From contig MHMQ01000033.1 in assembly GCA_001819395.1 (NCBI GenBank), positions 1-45,635 on the forward strand: 45,635 bases of DNA, read 5' to 3'. Origin of the DNA: Candidatus Niyogibacteria bacterium RIFCSPLOWO2_01_FULL_45_48. Its GTDB lineage: Bacteria > Patescibacteriota > Minisyncoccia > HO2-45-28. The notes under the pieces were generated by a model. The model saw only the letters and a program-made list of their open reading frames with translations, did no database searches and had not been told where the DNA came from. Every line of letters begins with the position of its first letter. The stretch's first letter is position 1. Positions 17,642 to 26,306 of this stretch are shown one piece after another. A program made the position numbers and the translations under genes.

Positions 17642-19198
17642 TTAAGGTGAAACGGTTATTGTGGTGCTGGCGGTCAGTGTTCCCGATATGCCTGGGCACT
17701 CGAGCCGGTAACTCGAGGTTGTTATCGGAAAAACCTTTTGGTCGTTCGAGACGGGTCTTGAGCCGCTCCAGCCGGTGCCCAAAGCGGTACAGCTCGTTAC
17801 GTTCAGACTTGACCATGAAAGAATCGATGATCTGCCGGAGGTTATAAAAGTCGGAAACGCAGAAAGCGTCAGAAATTGGCGTGATGGGCCGGAAGTTTGC
17901 AGTTCCGAGATGAGCGCGTCGAGGCTGGTTTGCAAAGATGCGTTTTGAGCTTGGGCATCAAGTATTTCCGTCTGGGACCGCGTGTCCCTTTGGATGCCAA
18001 CCACCAACTGGGCGAGGTTGTTTACTTCCGCGATAGTCGTCATGCGCCCGACGTCCCTTAAAATATTTTCAAATCGTGCGAGCTTTATATCGGCGAGGTT
18101 AAACTCGGTCCGGATTCTGTCGAAGGCGTCGCGGTTCTGGGTTATTTCGGAGCTTCGTGACACACCTTGCGCCTTTTCCAGTTCCTGCAGAACGGATATT
18201 GAATGAAGCAGGGCATTTGCCGACAGTTGTTTTGCCTCGACATATTGAGTTTCGGGAGCGATTAGGTCGCCTCTTAACACCGACGATAAATATGCCCTCT
18301 GGCTTTCTATGACGCTCGAGTAATCAGGTGGAGGCTGGGCCTGGCTTCTGTAAAACCCGCCGGGTCTCGAACCGCTTACCGCGTTTCTTATAAGTTCTTG
18401 CGCAACGACCGAAACCAGTTCATTAAACTCGTCGCTGACCGCGGTTTTGATTGCCGAATACTGCTGAGGAAGGTCAAGTTGGTTTGCGACATAACTTCCC
18501 GGAGTTACGGTTCGCCATGTATCGCATTCGGCGTCCTCGTTGTAATTCGCGCATTCTTTCCAGCTCAAAAATCCGCGCGAAGCAAGGGCTTCATTTTGGA
18601 GTCCGGTTGTTTTTTTCGCTACCTCAAGCGAAACTCTGTCTAGGTTCAGAAGAAAGGAACCGAAGGCGTTATTGGCGACGTTGGCCGTGGATATTGATGC
18701 AAAACCGGCCCAGCCGTAAGTTTCAAAATTATTGTAAATAGAATTGACATTGGCGACCACGAGATCAAGCGTGCATCTGGCCCGAGGCCTTGATGTTGAC
18801 ACCAGCCCAAGCACCACATCCTCCCTGAACGGACCGCAGATATCAGGCGCGCCCTTGGCGATCAGGTCGTCTACGAAAATACCGAAGGCTTCATTTCCGG
18901 CTTTCTGCAAAAAATTTTCCCAGTCGGTGACAAACAGCGGCTTGCCGTCAAAACCGTTTCGCACCCAGCTCTGGATGTTGTCGGACATTGTCCGTATCAA
19001 AGCGACTCCGATGGCGTTGGTTATCGCATCAAGCGAAAATTCTTTAGGGTTGAGGCCGATGTCCAGTGTTGGGACGGAAAGTCCTAGTCCTGCAAGCTGG
19101 GCGTTTGTTTTGTGAAGAGGAAAAACAGTCAACGCAAAGACGCAGATAAGAACGACGGCGATAATCTTTGAAAATTTTATGTCCGGTCTGGTCCTCAT
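17642..19198 (-). CDS. secreted hypothetical protein with C-terminal two-Cys Ig-like module
   Basis: 518 aa with an N-terminal signal/TM. The C-terminal module (SSILSWSSLNVTSCTALGTGWSGSRPV..YRLECPG..) matches the repeats in 40727-42778. Confidence 0.6.
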   Translation of the reverse strand: MRTRPDIKFSKIIAVVLICVFALTVFPLHKTNAQLAGLGLSVPTLDIGLNPKEFSLDAITNAIGVALIRTMSDNIQSWVRNGFDGKPLFVTDWENFLQKAGNEAFGIFVDDLIAKGAPDICGPFREDVVLGLVSTSRPRARCTLDLVVANVNSIYNNFETYGWAGFASISTANVANNAFGSFLLNLDRVSLEVAKKTTGLQNEALASRGFLSWKECANYNEDAECDTWRTVTPGSYVANQLDLPQQYSAIKTAVSDEFNELVSVVAQELIRNAVSGSRPGGFYRSQAQPPPDYSSVIESQRAYLSSVLRGDLIAPETQYVEAKQLSANALLHSISVLQELEKAQGVSRSSEITQNRDAFDRIRTEFNLADIKLARFENILRDVGRMTTIAEVNNLAQLVVGIQRDTRSQTEILDAQAQNASLQTSLDALISELQTSGPSRQFLTLSAFPTFITSGRSSILSWSSLNVTSCTALGTGWSGSRPVSNDQKVFPITTSSYRLECPGISGTLTASTTITVSP

Positions 19199-20193
19199 TG
19201 TAGTTGGTTTATTAGGTTAAGAAACGCGAATCCGTATTCTTCAGGTCCGAAAACCAAACGATCGGCGTATATAGACACACTCAAAACGATAAGAGAATTT
19301 TTTATGTTATCGGCTTCGTCCAGGTATTGTCTGACCGCAGAGAGGCCGGATATGGGGTCGGACATGAATGTTGAGAAGGCCAGGTTTATTTCGGATAGGT
19401 TGTTGAGCGCGTTCAAATACCGAAGATGGGACAAGGCGTAATTTCGCGGTACGGACATTTTTAAAATATCCGCGGTCATTTTTTTGTAAACCGCGGCGTT
19501 GCCCGCAAATTCGCCGAATTTTTCAAAACTGTCCGAGGAGTTGGCAAGATTTATCGCCCTCTCCAAGGAGTTTAGTTCGTTTTCTTTTATTTTTTCTCCG
19601 CCCTCGCCGCTAATTCTCGCAAGTTCGTTGATATAGAATTTATTTTCTGTCAGTGAAGCATTGTCGACTGTTTTTATGTCTTTTTGGGAAAAATTGTTTT
19701 TAAACTCGGGAGCGCCGGCGTTATTTAAAACTGAGTTTACTATTCCTTCGGAGGCTGATGACGGGTCAAGCCCCGCCTGTCTTTGTTGTATGTAGGAGAC
19801 AAAAAGATCGCGCGTTGTTTTTTGGGTGAGGTTTAGCTCTTCCGGCGACACACCGTTGTCGTTGCTGGTGACGGACGGACTTACATAATCGTCCGGTCCT
19901 GGATTGAGCGGATCCCGGCCCAGTTTTATTTCTTCTCCGTCTGTTGTTCCGTCGTTATCGGTGTCTTGATTATTCGGGTCCGTGCCCCAAAGCCGTTCTT
20001 CCCAGTCTTTTAGGCCGTCCGAGTCGGAATCCGGAGTCTCTCCGGCTGGTTTTTTGTCCAAGACCGTGACGGTGTTTGCCTCGAGCGCGACTTTTTCATT
20101 TTCGGGTTTTCTGAAAATCCAAAAAGAACTTGCGGCTATCGCCAGAGCAAGAATTGCTGCGAAAACTATTCTTTTGTTTTTTAAAAATGCCAA
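19195..20193 (-). CDS. membrane-anchored protein with thrombospondin-type-3-like Asp-rich Ca-binding repeats
   Basis: 332 aa, TTG start, N-terminal TM helix, and DSDSDGLKDWEE..DTDNDGTTDGEE repeats. It is the first gene of the minus-strand operon. Confidence 0.55.
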   Translation of the reverse strand: MAFLKNKRIVFAAILALAIAASSFWIFRKPENEKVALEANTVTVLDKKPAGETPDSDSDGLKDWEERLWGTDPNNQDTDNDGTTDGEEIKLGRDPLNPGPDDYVSPSVTSNDNGVSPEELNLTQKTTRDLFVSYIQQRQAGLDPSSASEGIVNSVLNNAGAPEFKNNFSQKDIKTVDNASLTENKFYINELARISGEGGEKIKENELNSLERAINLANSSDSFEKFGEFAGNAAVYKKMTADILKMSVPRNYALSHLRYLNALNNLSEINLAFSTFMSDPISGLSAVRQYLDEADNIKNSLIVLSVSIYADRLVFGPEEYGFAFLNLINQLQ

Positions 20194-20309
20194 AATTGCA
20201 GGCAGTGCGCCTTACAATAATTATAGCATTTACTTTTTATATTGATTTTTCGTTGTTTTGGGGTGTGGATAATTACCACTGTGCAACGATCATTTGCTAT
20301 AATTAAAAC

Positions 20310-20657
20310 ATGAAGAAGGTTTTGATATCTGTTTTTGTGGTCATTTTCATGGTTTTTGCGCCGTTTTCAGTTCTTGGCAACAAGAACTTGGTTTCGGCCG
20401 CTCTGGTTGGCGGGCCGTTCGGAGGACAGGTCCTCAAAATAGACAGGTTCTGTGCCGGAGGTTTTACATTCATCCTCGGTCCTCCAAGCCCGGGCCTTTA
20501 TTTTTATCCTTACTTCGCGGTTACCTACCTTTATGGTCCTCCAAACAGGCCAGGTAAATGGGCTTTGGGCCTTGCCAGCGCCGGCGGTGTTTGTGTTGCC
20601 GGAAAAAAAACATATCCGACCCAATACACGGTCATAATGATCGGGACCAGCTTATAG
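20310..20657 (+). CDS. small secreted hypothetical protein
   Basis: 115 aa with a clear signal peptide and a Gly/Pro/Tyr-rich mature part. TATAAT lies 7 nt upstream of the ATG region. Confidence 0.5.
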   Translation: MKKVLISVFVVIFMVFAPFSVLGNKNLVSAALVGGPFGGQVLKIDRFCAGGFTFILGPPSPGLYFYPYFAVTYLYGPPNRPGKWALGLASAGGVCVAGKKTYPTQYTVIMIGTSL

Positions 20658-21524
20658 TTTTGGGATATTTTTTGCCAAACAAGCCCAATTTTCGAGCGAC
20701 AAATCTTCCGCTCGCGCATTCTCTTTCACCCCGCATTTTACTCGACATCCGATGTCGAGTAGGCCCTTCAGATTGTTTTTGAGGAGTTTGCGGGGGTGTG
20801 AAAAACCGGCCTTAACTATGTCAAAAAACCCTTCTTGGCTGATTTTATGCTGGCGAAAGAAGTCTTTTTCGCGTCTTTTGAACACCACAACCGCCGAATC
20901 AACCTTTGGTTGAGGCCAAAAATTGCCTTTTTTGACCAAAAAAGCAATTTTTGGATCAGCGTATGCCTGTACGGAAATGGACAAAACACTCTTTTTCTCT
21001 TTTTTTTCGACAAGAGCCGTGCTCTTGTCAGAAATGGTTAGAACCCGACTCTGATCGGCCACGATTCTTTTGGCCACCTCTTTTTGCAACATTAAAACCA
21101 CCATTTTTATCCCAAACTTGGTTTCAGACAGGAGGAGGCGCAAGATCTGGCCGGTAAGATAGTAAGGAATATTGGCCACCACCTTGTCTACGGTCAAAGT
21201 GACAAGAGCCGTGCTCTTGTCAGAAATGGTCAGAGCACGGCTCTTGTCATTCTTGCCACGGAAAAAATCGCGGATGTCGGCACGAACGAGGGTCAAACGG
21301 CTCGAGAGCACGAAAGTTTCAAACTTTTTGTTTAAAAAATCAAAAAGTTTAGGGTCTTTTTCGACGGCGACGACCCTCGCGCCCGTTTTCAAAAGCTCTT
21401 CGGTTAAAATTCCCCTGCCGGGACCTATTTCCAGAACAATATCTTTTGGGCCTGTTTCGGCCAAATCCGCCATTTTTTGCGCGATGCGTTTCGATATCAG
21501 AAAATTTTGTCCGAGTTTGGCCAT
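20652..21524 (-). CDS. rsmA: 16S rRNA (adenine1518/1519-N6)-dimethyltransferase
   Basis: QNFL start, SAM motif LEIGPGRGILT, ANIPYY, LQKEVAKR, and PKVDSAVV. It contains two extra 16-aa segments compared with E. coli KsgA from memory. Confidence 0.9.
   Translation of the reverse strand: MAKLGQNFLISKRIAQKMADLAETGPKDIVLEIGPGRGILTEELLKTGARVVAVEKDPKLFDFLNKKFETFVLSSRLTLVRADIRDFFRGKNDKSRALTISDKSTALVTLTVDKVVANIPYYLTGQILRLLLSETKFGIKMVVLMLQKEVAKRIVADQSRVLTISDKSTALVEKKEKKSVLSISVQAYADPKIAFLVKKGNFWPQPKVDSAVVVFKRREKDFFRQHKISQEGFFDIVKAGFSHPRKLLKNNLKGLLDIGCRVKCGVKENARAEDLSLENWACLAKNIPKL
20739..20761. repeat. perfect 10-3-10 hairpin inside rsmA (TACTCGACAT-CCG-ATGTCGAGTA)
   Basis: Direct reading. It encodes LLDIGCRV in a C-terminal segment whose length equals that of E. 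coli KsgA, so there is no net insertion. Confidence 0.85.
21009..21056. repeat. 48-nt palindromic element, in-frame in rsmA (copy A)
   Basis: It starts with GACAAGAGC-CGT-GCTCTTGTC (9-3-9). The first 30 nt are identical to copy B. It encodes DQSRVLTISDKSTALV. Confidence 0.9.
21201..21248. repeat. 48-nt palindromic element, in-frame in rsmA (copy B)
   Basis: GACAAGAGCCGTGCTC ... GAGCACGGCTCTTGTC forms a 16-nt inverted repeat, plus an internal 9-3-9 hairpin. It encodes DKSRALTISDKSTALV. Confidence 0.9.
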
Positions 21525-21530
21525 GGCGCG

Positions 21531-23444
21531 CTAAGAAAGTTCTATCGTTTTTCCGTTATCCGCCTGTTCCAAGATTTCGGCCGGTATGTCCTCCAAAAAT
21601 CTTGAAGGCATATTAACCTGGCGCTCGCCGAATATGGTGCGGAAAAAGGCGAGCGACAAATATATTTTCTTGCGCGCCCGGGTCAGCGCTACGTAGAAGA
21701 GCCTTCTCTCTTCCTCAAGCCTTAACTTTTCGTCTCCGCCGCCGACTGTTGTGTGCGGAAACAGGCCGTCTTCGAGTCCGGCGATGAACACATGATCGAA
21801 TTCCAGTCCCTTGGCCGCGTGTACCGTTGTCAAGGGAACACCTTTTTTGTTTTCGCTAACGGAGTCCTGCTCCGACATAAGGCTTGCCTCCTCGAGCATT
21901 TTTATAATTCCCTCCGGCGGATTTAACCCGTCAAATTTGACCGAAAGGCTGACCAATTCTTTAATATTCGCAAGGCGCATTGCGCCTTCTTCTGTTTCGG
22001 GGTCGAAAATTTCCGGGTATCCGCTTTTTTTGATGACCGACATGACCGCACGCGACGCCGGCAGTCTTTCGGCCGAAGAGCGTATCCCCAGGAGCAATTT
22101 TTCGAAGTCGGATATTTTATCCCGTTCCGCCGGTTTTAACTCCGCTCCGGCCAGATATTTTACCAAAAGTGTCTTGCCTATTCCTCGCGTGGGCGAATTT
22201 ATTATCCTTTTTTTACTGATCAGGTCGGATGGGTTCAGGCTTGCCCGGATATAAGCCAGAACATCTTTGACTTCCTTGCGGGCATAGAACTTGACGCCGA
22301 CGACGTAGTAAGGAACTCCGTAGGCCAGGAATTTTTCTTCGAGGATTCTTGATTGCGCGTTTGTTCTGAATAAAACGGCAATATTCTCCGGTTTTATTCC
22401 GGCATCGAGCGCGCTTTTTGTACGGGCGGCTATAAAATCGGCCTCGTCTTCTCCACTTTCGGCTGCGTATATTGCGATCTTCTCCCCGTCGCCGGTTTTG
22501 GTAAAAAGATTTTTTGGCTTACGGAGTTTGTTTTTGGCTATGACGGCGTTTGCCGCGCTTAAAATCTGCGGGGTTGAGCGGTAATTTTCTTCGAGAGTTA
22601 TTATTTTGGCTTCGGGCCATCCTATTTCAAAGTTCAAAATATTTCTAAAGTCGGCTCCGCGGAAAGAGTAAATGGACTGGTCCACGTCGCCTACGACGCA
22701 GATATTAGAGTGTTTGGCGGCAAGGGCGCTTGCGATTTTATATTGGACATGGTCGGTATCCTGAAACTCGTCAATTAAAATATATTTCCAAAGACTCTGG
22801 TATTTTTCCAAAATTTCGGAATGAGACGAAAAAAGACCGGCGGTTTTTACAAGCAGATCGTCAAAGTCCGCGGAGTCCGACGATTTTAACTTGCCTTCGT
22901 AGATGCGCCAGATAAGGGCGAGCGTTTTTGAGAACGGATCCCGGGCCTCGGCCGAAAATCCATCGGCGCTTTCGAGTTCGCATTTTTTTCTGGAGATGGC
23001 CTTTCTTATTCTGAACGGCTGGAACTGCTTTGGGTCGGCTCCGGCCTCTTTTATAGATTCCTTTATAAGCGACAGGCTGTCTTCCTCGTCGGCTATGGAG
23101 AAATTTTTGCTTAATCCCGCGGGTTTCCCCTCGTGCCTTAAAATCCATGCCCCGAGCGAGTGGAACGTGCCGATCCACGGGGCGGATGTTTGGGGTTGCG
23201 GGCCGGAAGTCGGGAGCAGTCGCGATACGCGGTTTTTCATTTCGTTTGCGGCCTTGTTGGTGAAAGTTATCGCAAGGATGCTTTCCGGCCTTACTCCGCC
23301 ATAAACCAGTTGGGCCACGCGGTGGGTCAGGACCCGGGTTTTTCCGGATCCGGCGCCTGCCACGATTAAAAGCGGGCCGTTTTTATGCAAAACGGCCTCC
23401 ATTTGCGCCGGATTCAACCCTTCTAGTGCCTCGTTTTTTTCCAC
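21531..23444 (-). CDS. pcrA: UvrD/PcrA-family ATP-dependent DNA helicase
   Basis: 637 aa. Motifs AGAGSGKTRVLTHR, TFTNKAA, DEFQDT, NYRS, and VHAAKGLEFD..YVALTRAR. Confidence 0.9.
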   Translation of the reverse strand: MEKNEALEGLNPAQMEAVLHKNGPLLIVAGAGSGKTRVLTHRVAQLVYGGVRPESILAITFTNKAANEMKNRVSRLLPTSGPQPQTSAPWIGTFHSLGAWILRHEGKPAGLSKNFSIADEEDSLSLIKESIKEAGADPKQFQPFRIRKAISRKKCELESADGFSAEARDPFSKTLALIWRIYEGKLKSSDSADFDDLLVKTAGLFSSHSEILEKYQSLWKYILIDEFQDTDHVQYKIASALAAKHSNICVVGDVDQSIYSFRGADFRNILNFEIGWPEAKIITLEENYRSTPQILSAANAVIAKNKLRKPKNLFTKTGDGEKIAIYAAESGEDEADFIAARTKSALDAGIKPENIAVLFRTNAQSRILEEKFLAYGVPYYVVGVKFYARKEVKDVLAYIRASLNPSDLISKKRIINSPTRGIGKTLLVKYLAGAELKPAERDKISDFEKLLLGIRSSAERLPASRAVMSVIKKSGYPEIFDPETEEGAMRLANIKELVSLSVKFDGLNPPEGIIKMLEEASLMSEQDSVSENKKGVPLTTVHAAKGLEFDHVFIAGLEDGLFPHTTVGGGDEKLRLEEERRLFYVALTRARKKIYLSLAFFRTIFGERQVNMPSRFLEDIPAEILEQADNGKTIELS

Positions 23445-23628
23445 TGCCCAGAGTTTAGCATCTTTTTGGGCTGTGGATAAGTTGTTTTGTCCGGATTGAT
23501 TTTCTGTCTCGGAAGAGCTATGATGAGAATACTCCGGTAAATGTTACCGGTTTTGTTGTTAAAGGCCGACTTGACCGTTTTTCCTTTAATTTAAGCCTAT
23601 TTTAGACTCCAAACATCGCTTTGACCCT

Positions 23629-24696
23629 TTGCCGAGATCGGGCAGACAAGGCTTTAAAACCACTTTTTTGACCCCTTCAGGACGGTTTGGGCTGTTGACT
23701 TTTGTGGCCATTTTTGGCCTATTTTTTATACTTTTTAACGAAGCAGAGGCCGGTTTTTTTGATATCCTAAAAAACATGTTCTCGGCGGAGGCCAAGACGC
23801 AGGAGGCATCGGTTTTCAACCCGCAGACCATGCCTCTTCTGGAGGCGCCGAACAACGTCAATCCTTTGGCGGGTATCGGCGGCGGTGATATAACCATAGT
23901 CCAGAACAGCGCTCTGCTTGCGGTTTCCGGTCCTTTAGGGAGCCTGGCTGACGCAGAGGTTGAATCGCGAAAACGGGATCAGATTTCGATTTATGTTGTC
24001 CGCGAGAAGGACAATCTTTCAAGCATTGCCAAAATGTTCGGGGTTTCGGTAAACACTATCGTGTGGGCGAACGATCTCAAAAGAAACGACCTGATAACTC
24101 CCGGGCAGACCCTGGTCATTCTTCCGATCTCCGGAGTCCAATATGAAGTTAAAAAAGGAGATACGATTCAATCCGTCGCCAAGCAGTTTAAGGGCGATGC
24201 GGATGAAATAATAAGTTTTAACGATCTGCCCGCGAACGGAACTCTTGCCGTGGGGCAGACCATAGTTATCCCTAACGGCGAATCATACTTGGTTTCAAGC
24301 GGGATTTATTCCACGAACCCGTACCGCGGAGGAGGCGGACCGAGTTACTCCAGTTATTATCTGCGTCCGATATCGGGAGGCAGGAAAACACAAGGACTCC
24401 ACGGCTATAACGGGGTTGATCTTGCCAGCTACTGCGGGGCGCCGGTAATGGCTTCGGCTTCGGGCAGAGTTATTGTATCAAGGTCTTACGGCTGGAACGG
24501 GGGTTACGGGCTTTACGTTGTTATAAGCCATACCAACGGAACCCAGACTCTTTATTCGCATTTAAGTTCGGCGATAGTACAACAAGGCTGGAACGTGGTT
24601 CAAGGACAGGTAATCGGCTACGAAGGGGCAACCGGCAACGCGACCGGATGCCATGTCCACTTTGAAGTCAGAGGTGCCGCCAATCCGTTTATTTAA
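23629..24696 (+). CDS. LysM-domain M23 metallopeptidase (cell-wall hydrolase)
   Basis: N-terminal TM helix and two LysM repeats (YVVREKDNLSSIAKMFG.., YEVKKGDTIQSVAKQF..). M23 motifs HGYNGVDL and CHVHFEV are present. Confidence 0.85.
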   Translation: MPRSGRQGFKTTFLTPSGRFGLLTFVAIFGLFFILFNEAEAGFFDILKNMFSAEAKTQEASVFNPQTMPLLEAPNNVNPLAGIGGGDITIVQNSALLAVSGPLGSLADAEVESRKRDQISIYVVREKDNLSSIAKMFGVSVNTIVWANDLKRNDLITPGQTLVILPISGVQYEVKKGDTIQSVAKQFKGDADEIISFNDLPANGTLAVGQTIVIPNGESYLVSSGIYSTNPYRGGGGPSYSSYYLRPISGGRKTQGLHGYNGVDLASYCGAPVMASASGRVIVSRSYGWNGGYGLYVVISHTNGTQTLYSHLSSAIVQQGWNVVQGQVIGYEGATGNATGCHVHFEVRGAANPFI

Positions 24697-24700
24697 ACAT

Positions 24701-26218
24701 TCAAAAATTATTCTTTGGTCTATACTGCAGGGCCTCAAGAATGTGGCCTTGTTTTATTTCGTTCTCGTTTTCCAGGTCGGCAATTGTCCGGCTTATTTTT
24801 ATCACCCGATGATAGGCTCTGGGCGAAAGGTCCATATGTTTTGCCGCGAGATTCAGAGAGTTTCTTGCTTCCGACGACAGCGGAGCGAGCGTTTCAATGT
24901 CGCGAACGCCGATTTCGCTGTTTGAAATTATGCCTAGATTTTTGAATCTGGCGATTTGCCTGTTTCTGGCGTCAATGACTTTAAGGCGTATTTCGGCTGA
25001 CTCGGGCGCGGTATTTTTTTGAGACAATTCTTCGTGGTCGATGTTGGACACCTCCATCCAAAGGTCGATTCGATCCGCTATCGGACCCGAAACCTTTCTT
25101 TGATAGCGAAAAAGGGATGAGGGAGAGCAAAGACACATTTTGTTTTTTGAGCCGAGATTTCCGCACGGGCAAGGGTTCATTGCCGCAACAAGCATGAACT
25201 TGGCTGGGAATTTCACGGTTCCTTTGGCGCGGGCCACGGTTATGACCCCGTCTTCAAGCGGCTGGCGCAGGGCCTCGATGACTCTTCGTTCAAATTCCGG
25301 AAACTCGTCGGCGAACAAAACTCCGCGATGCGCCAGCGTTATTTCCCCCGGCCTCGGCCAGACTCCTCCTCCTACAATGGCGACGTACGAAGATGTGTGG
25401 TGGGGAGAACGAAACGGCCTGATTTTGGCAAAGGGTCCGTCTATTGTTCCCGCGACGCTGTGAATCGTGGTAACTTCAAGAGCTTCTTCGTGTGAAAGTG
25501 GCGGCAGTATCGACGGCAGGGCTCTGGCAAGAAGCGTTTTTCCTGTTCCGGGAGGGCCGGACATCAAAATGTTGTGGCCTCCGGCCGCCGCGATCATCAA
25601 AGCCCTTTTGGCATTTTCTTGTCCTCGTATGTCCGAAAGATCATGGTCCGTTGTCGCGGCGCCGTAATTTATTTCTGTTTTAGGCAGAGGGTCGATTAAA
25701 GACTCGTTTCTAAGGTGGCTAAGCACGTGGTTCAGACTTTCAGCTTCGCGGACGGCAATATCTCCGATTATTGCCGCCTCTTCCCCGTTGCCCTTAGGCA
25801 CGTAAATTTCTTTAAAACCGGCAGACACGGCTTTTCTGGCAAGAGCCAGAGTTCCTTTTACCGGCCTTAGTGTTCCGTCTAGAGCGAGTTCTCCAAGAAA
25901 TATTTTTTCTTTTGTGTCGAATTCGGCTTGTTTAGATGCCATTATGTAGCCCAGAGCGATGGCCAGATCAAAAGCCGACCCTTCTTTTTTGAGGTCGGCG
26001 GGCGCTAAAGACACTATGACTTTTTGATTTTGTTTATGCGGGGGCTTGAGTCCTATGTTTTTTATCGCGTAAGATATTCTTTCTTTGGCTTCATCTACGG
26101 CTTTGTCGGCAAGACCCACAATGGTAAAAGAGCGAAGGCCTTTTGAGTAGTCAACCTCAACATCAATTATTTCTCCGGAAAGACCCAAAACTTCCGCCGC
26201 GTGCAGTTTGACTGACAT
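24701..26218 (-). CDS. comM: YifB/ComM-family Mg-chelatase-like AAA+ ATPase
   Basis: 505 aa. Lon-like N-terminal domain, GPPGTGKT, and the LFADEFPEF..RQPLEDG pattern. Confidence 0.9.
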   Translation of the reverse strand: MSVKLHAAEVLGLSGEIIDVEVDYSKGLRSFTIVGLADKAVDEAKERISYAIKNIGLKPPHKQNQKVIVSLAPADLKKEGSAFDLAIALGYIMASKQAEFDTKEKIFLGELALDGTLRPVKGTLALARKAVSAGFKEIYVPKGNGEEAAIIGDIAVREAESLNHVLSHLRNESLIDPLPKTEINYGAATTDHDLSDIRGQENAKRALMIAAAGGHNILMSGPPGTGKTLLARALPSILPPLSHEEALEVTTIHSVAGTIDGPFAKIRPFRSPHHTSSYVAIVGGGVWPRPGEITLAHRGVLFADEFPEFERRVIEALRQPLEDGVITVARAKGTVKFPAKFMLVAAMNPCPCGNLGSKNKMCLCSPSSLFRYQRKVSGPIADRIDLWMEVSNIDHEELSQKNTAPESAEIRLKVIDARNRQIARFKNLGIISNSEIGVRDIETLAPLSSEARNSLNLAAKHMDLSPRAYHRVIKISRTIADLENENEIKQGHILEALQYRPKNNF

Positions 26219-26250
26219 AATAGGATAAATCCTAACTTATTTTTATAAAT

Positions 26251-26284
26251 AAAAAAACCCGCCCGGTCCCGAAGGACTGGGCGG
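26251..26284 (-). terminator. rho-independent terminator after small ORF 26307-26501
   Basis: On the minus strand, a GC-rich stem (CCGCCCAGTCC/GGACCGGGCGG, one mismatch) is followed by T7. Confidence 0.6.
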
Positions 26285-26306
26285 CGGTTCTGTTTCTGTT
26301 GCGGCG

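Noticed and set aside
9444-20193. Integrative conjugative element or prophage
   Set aside because: The window contains no relaxase, coupling protein, integrase next to the cluster, direct-repeat boundaries or phage structural genes. The Xer recombinase at 30971 is a housekeeping-type gene 10 kb away.
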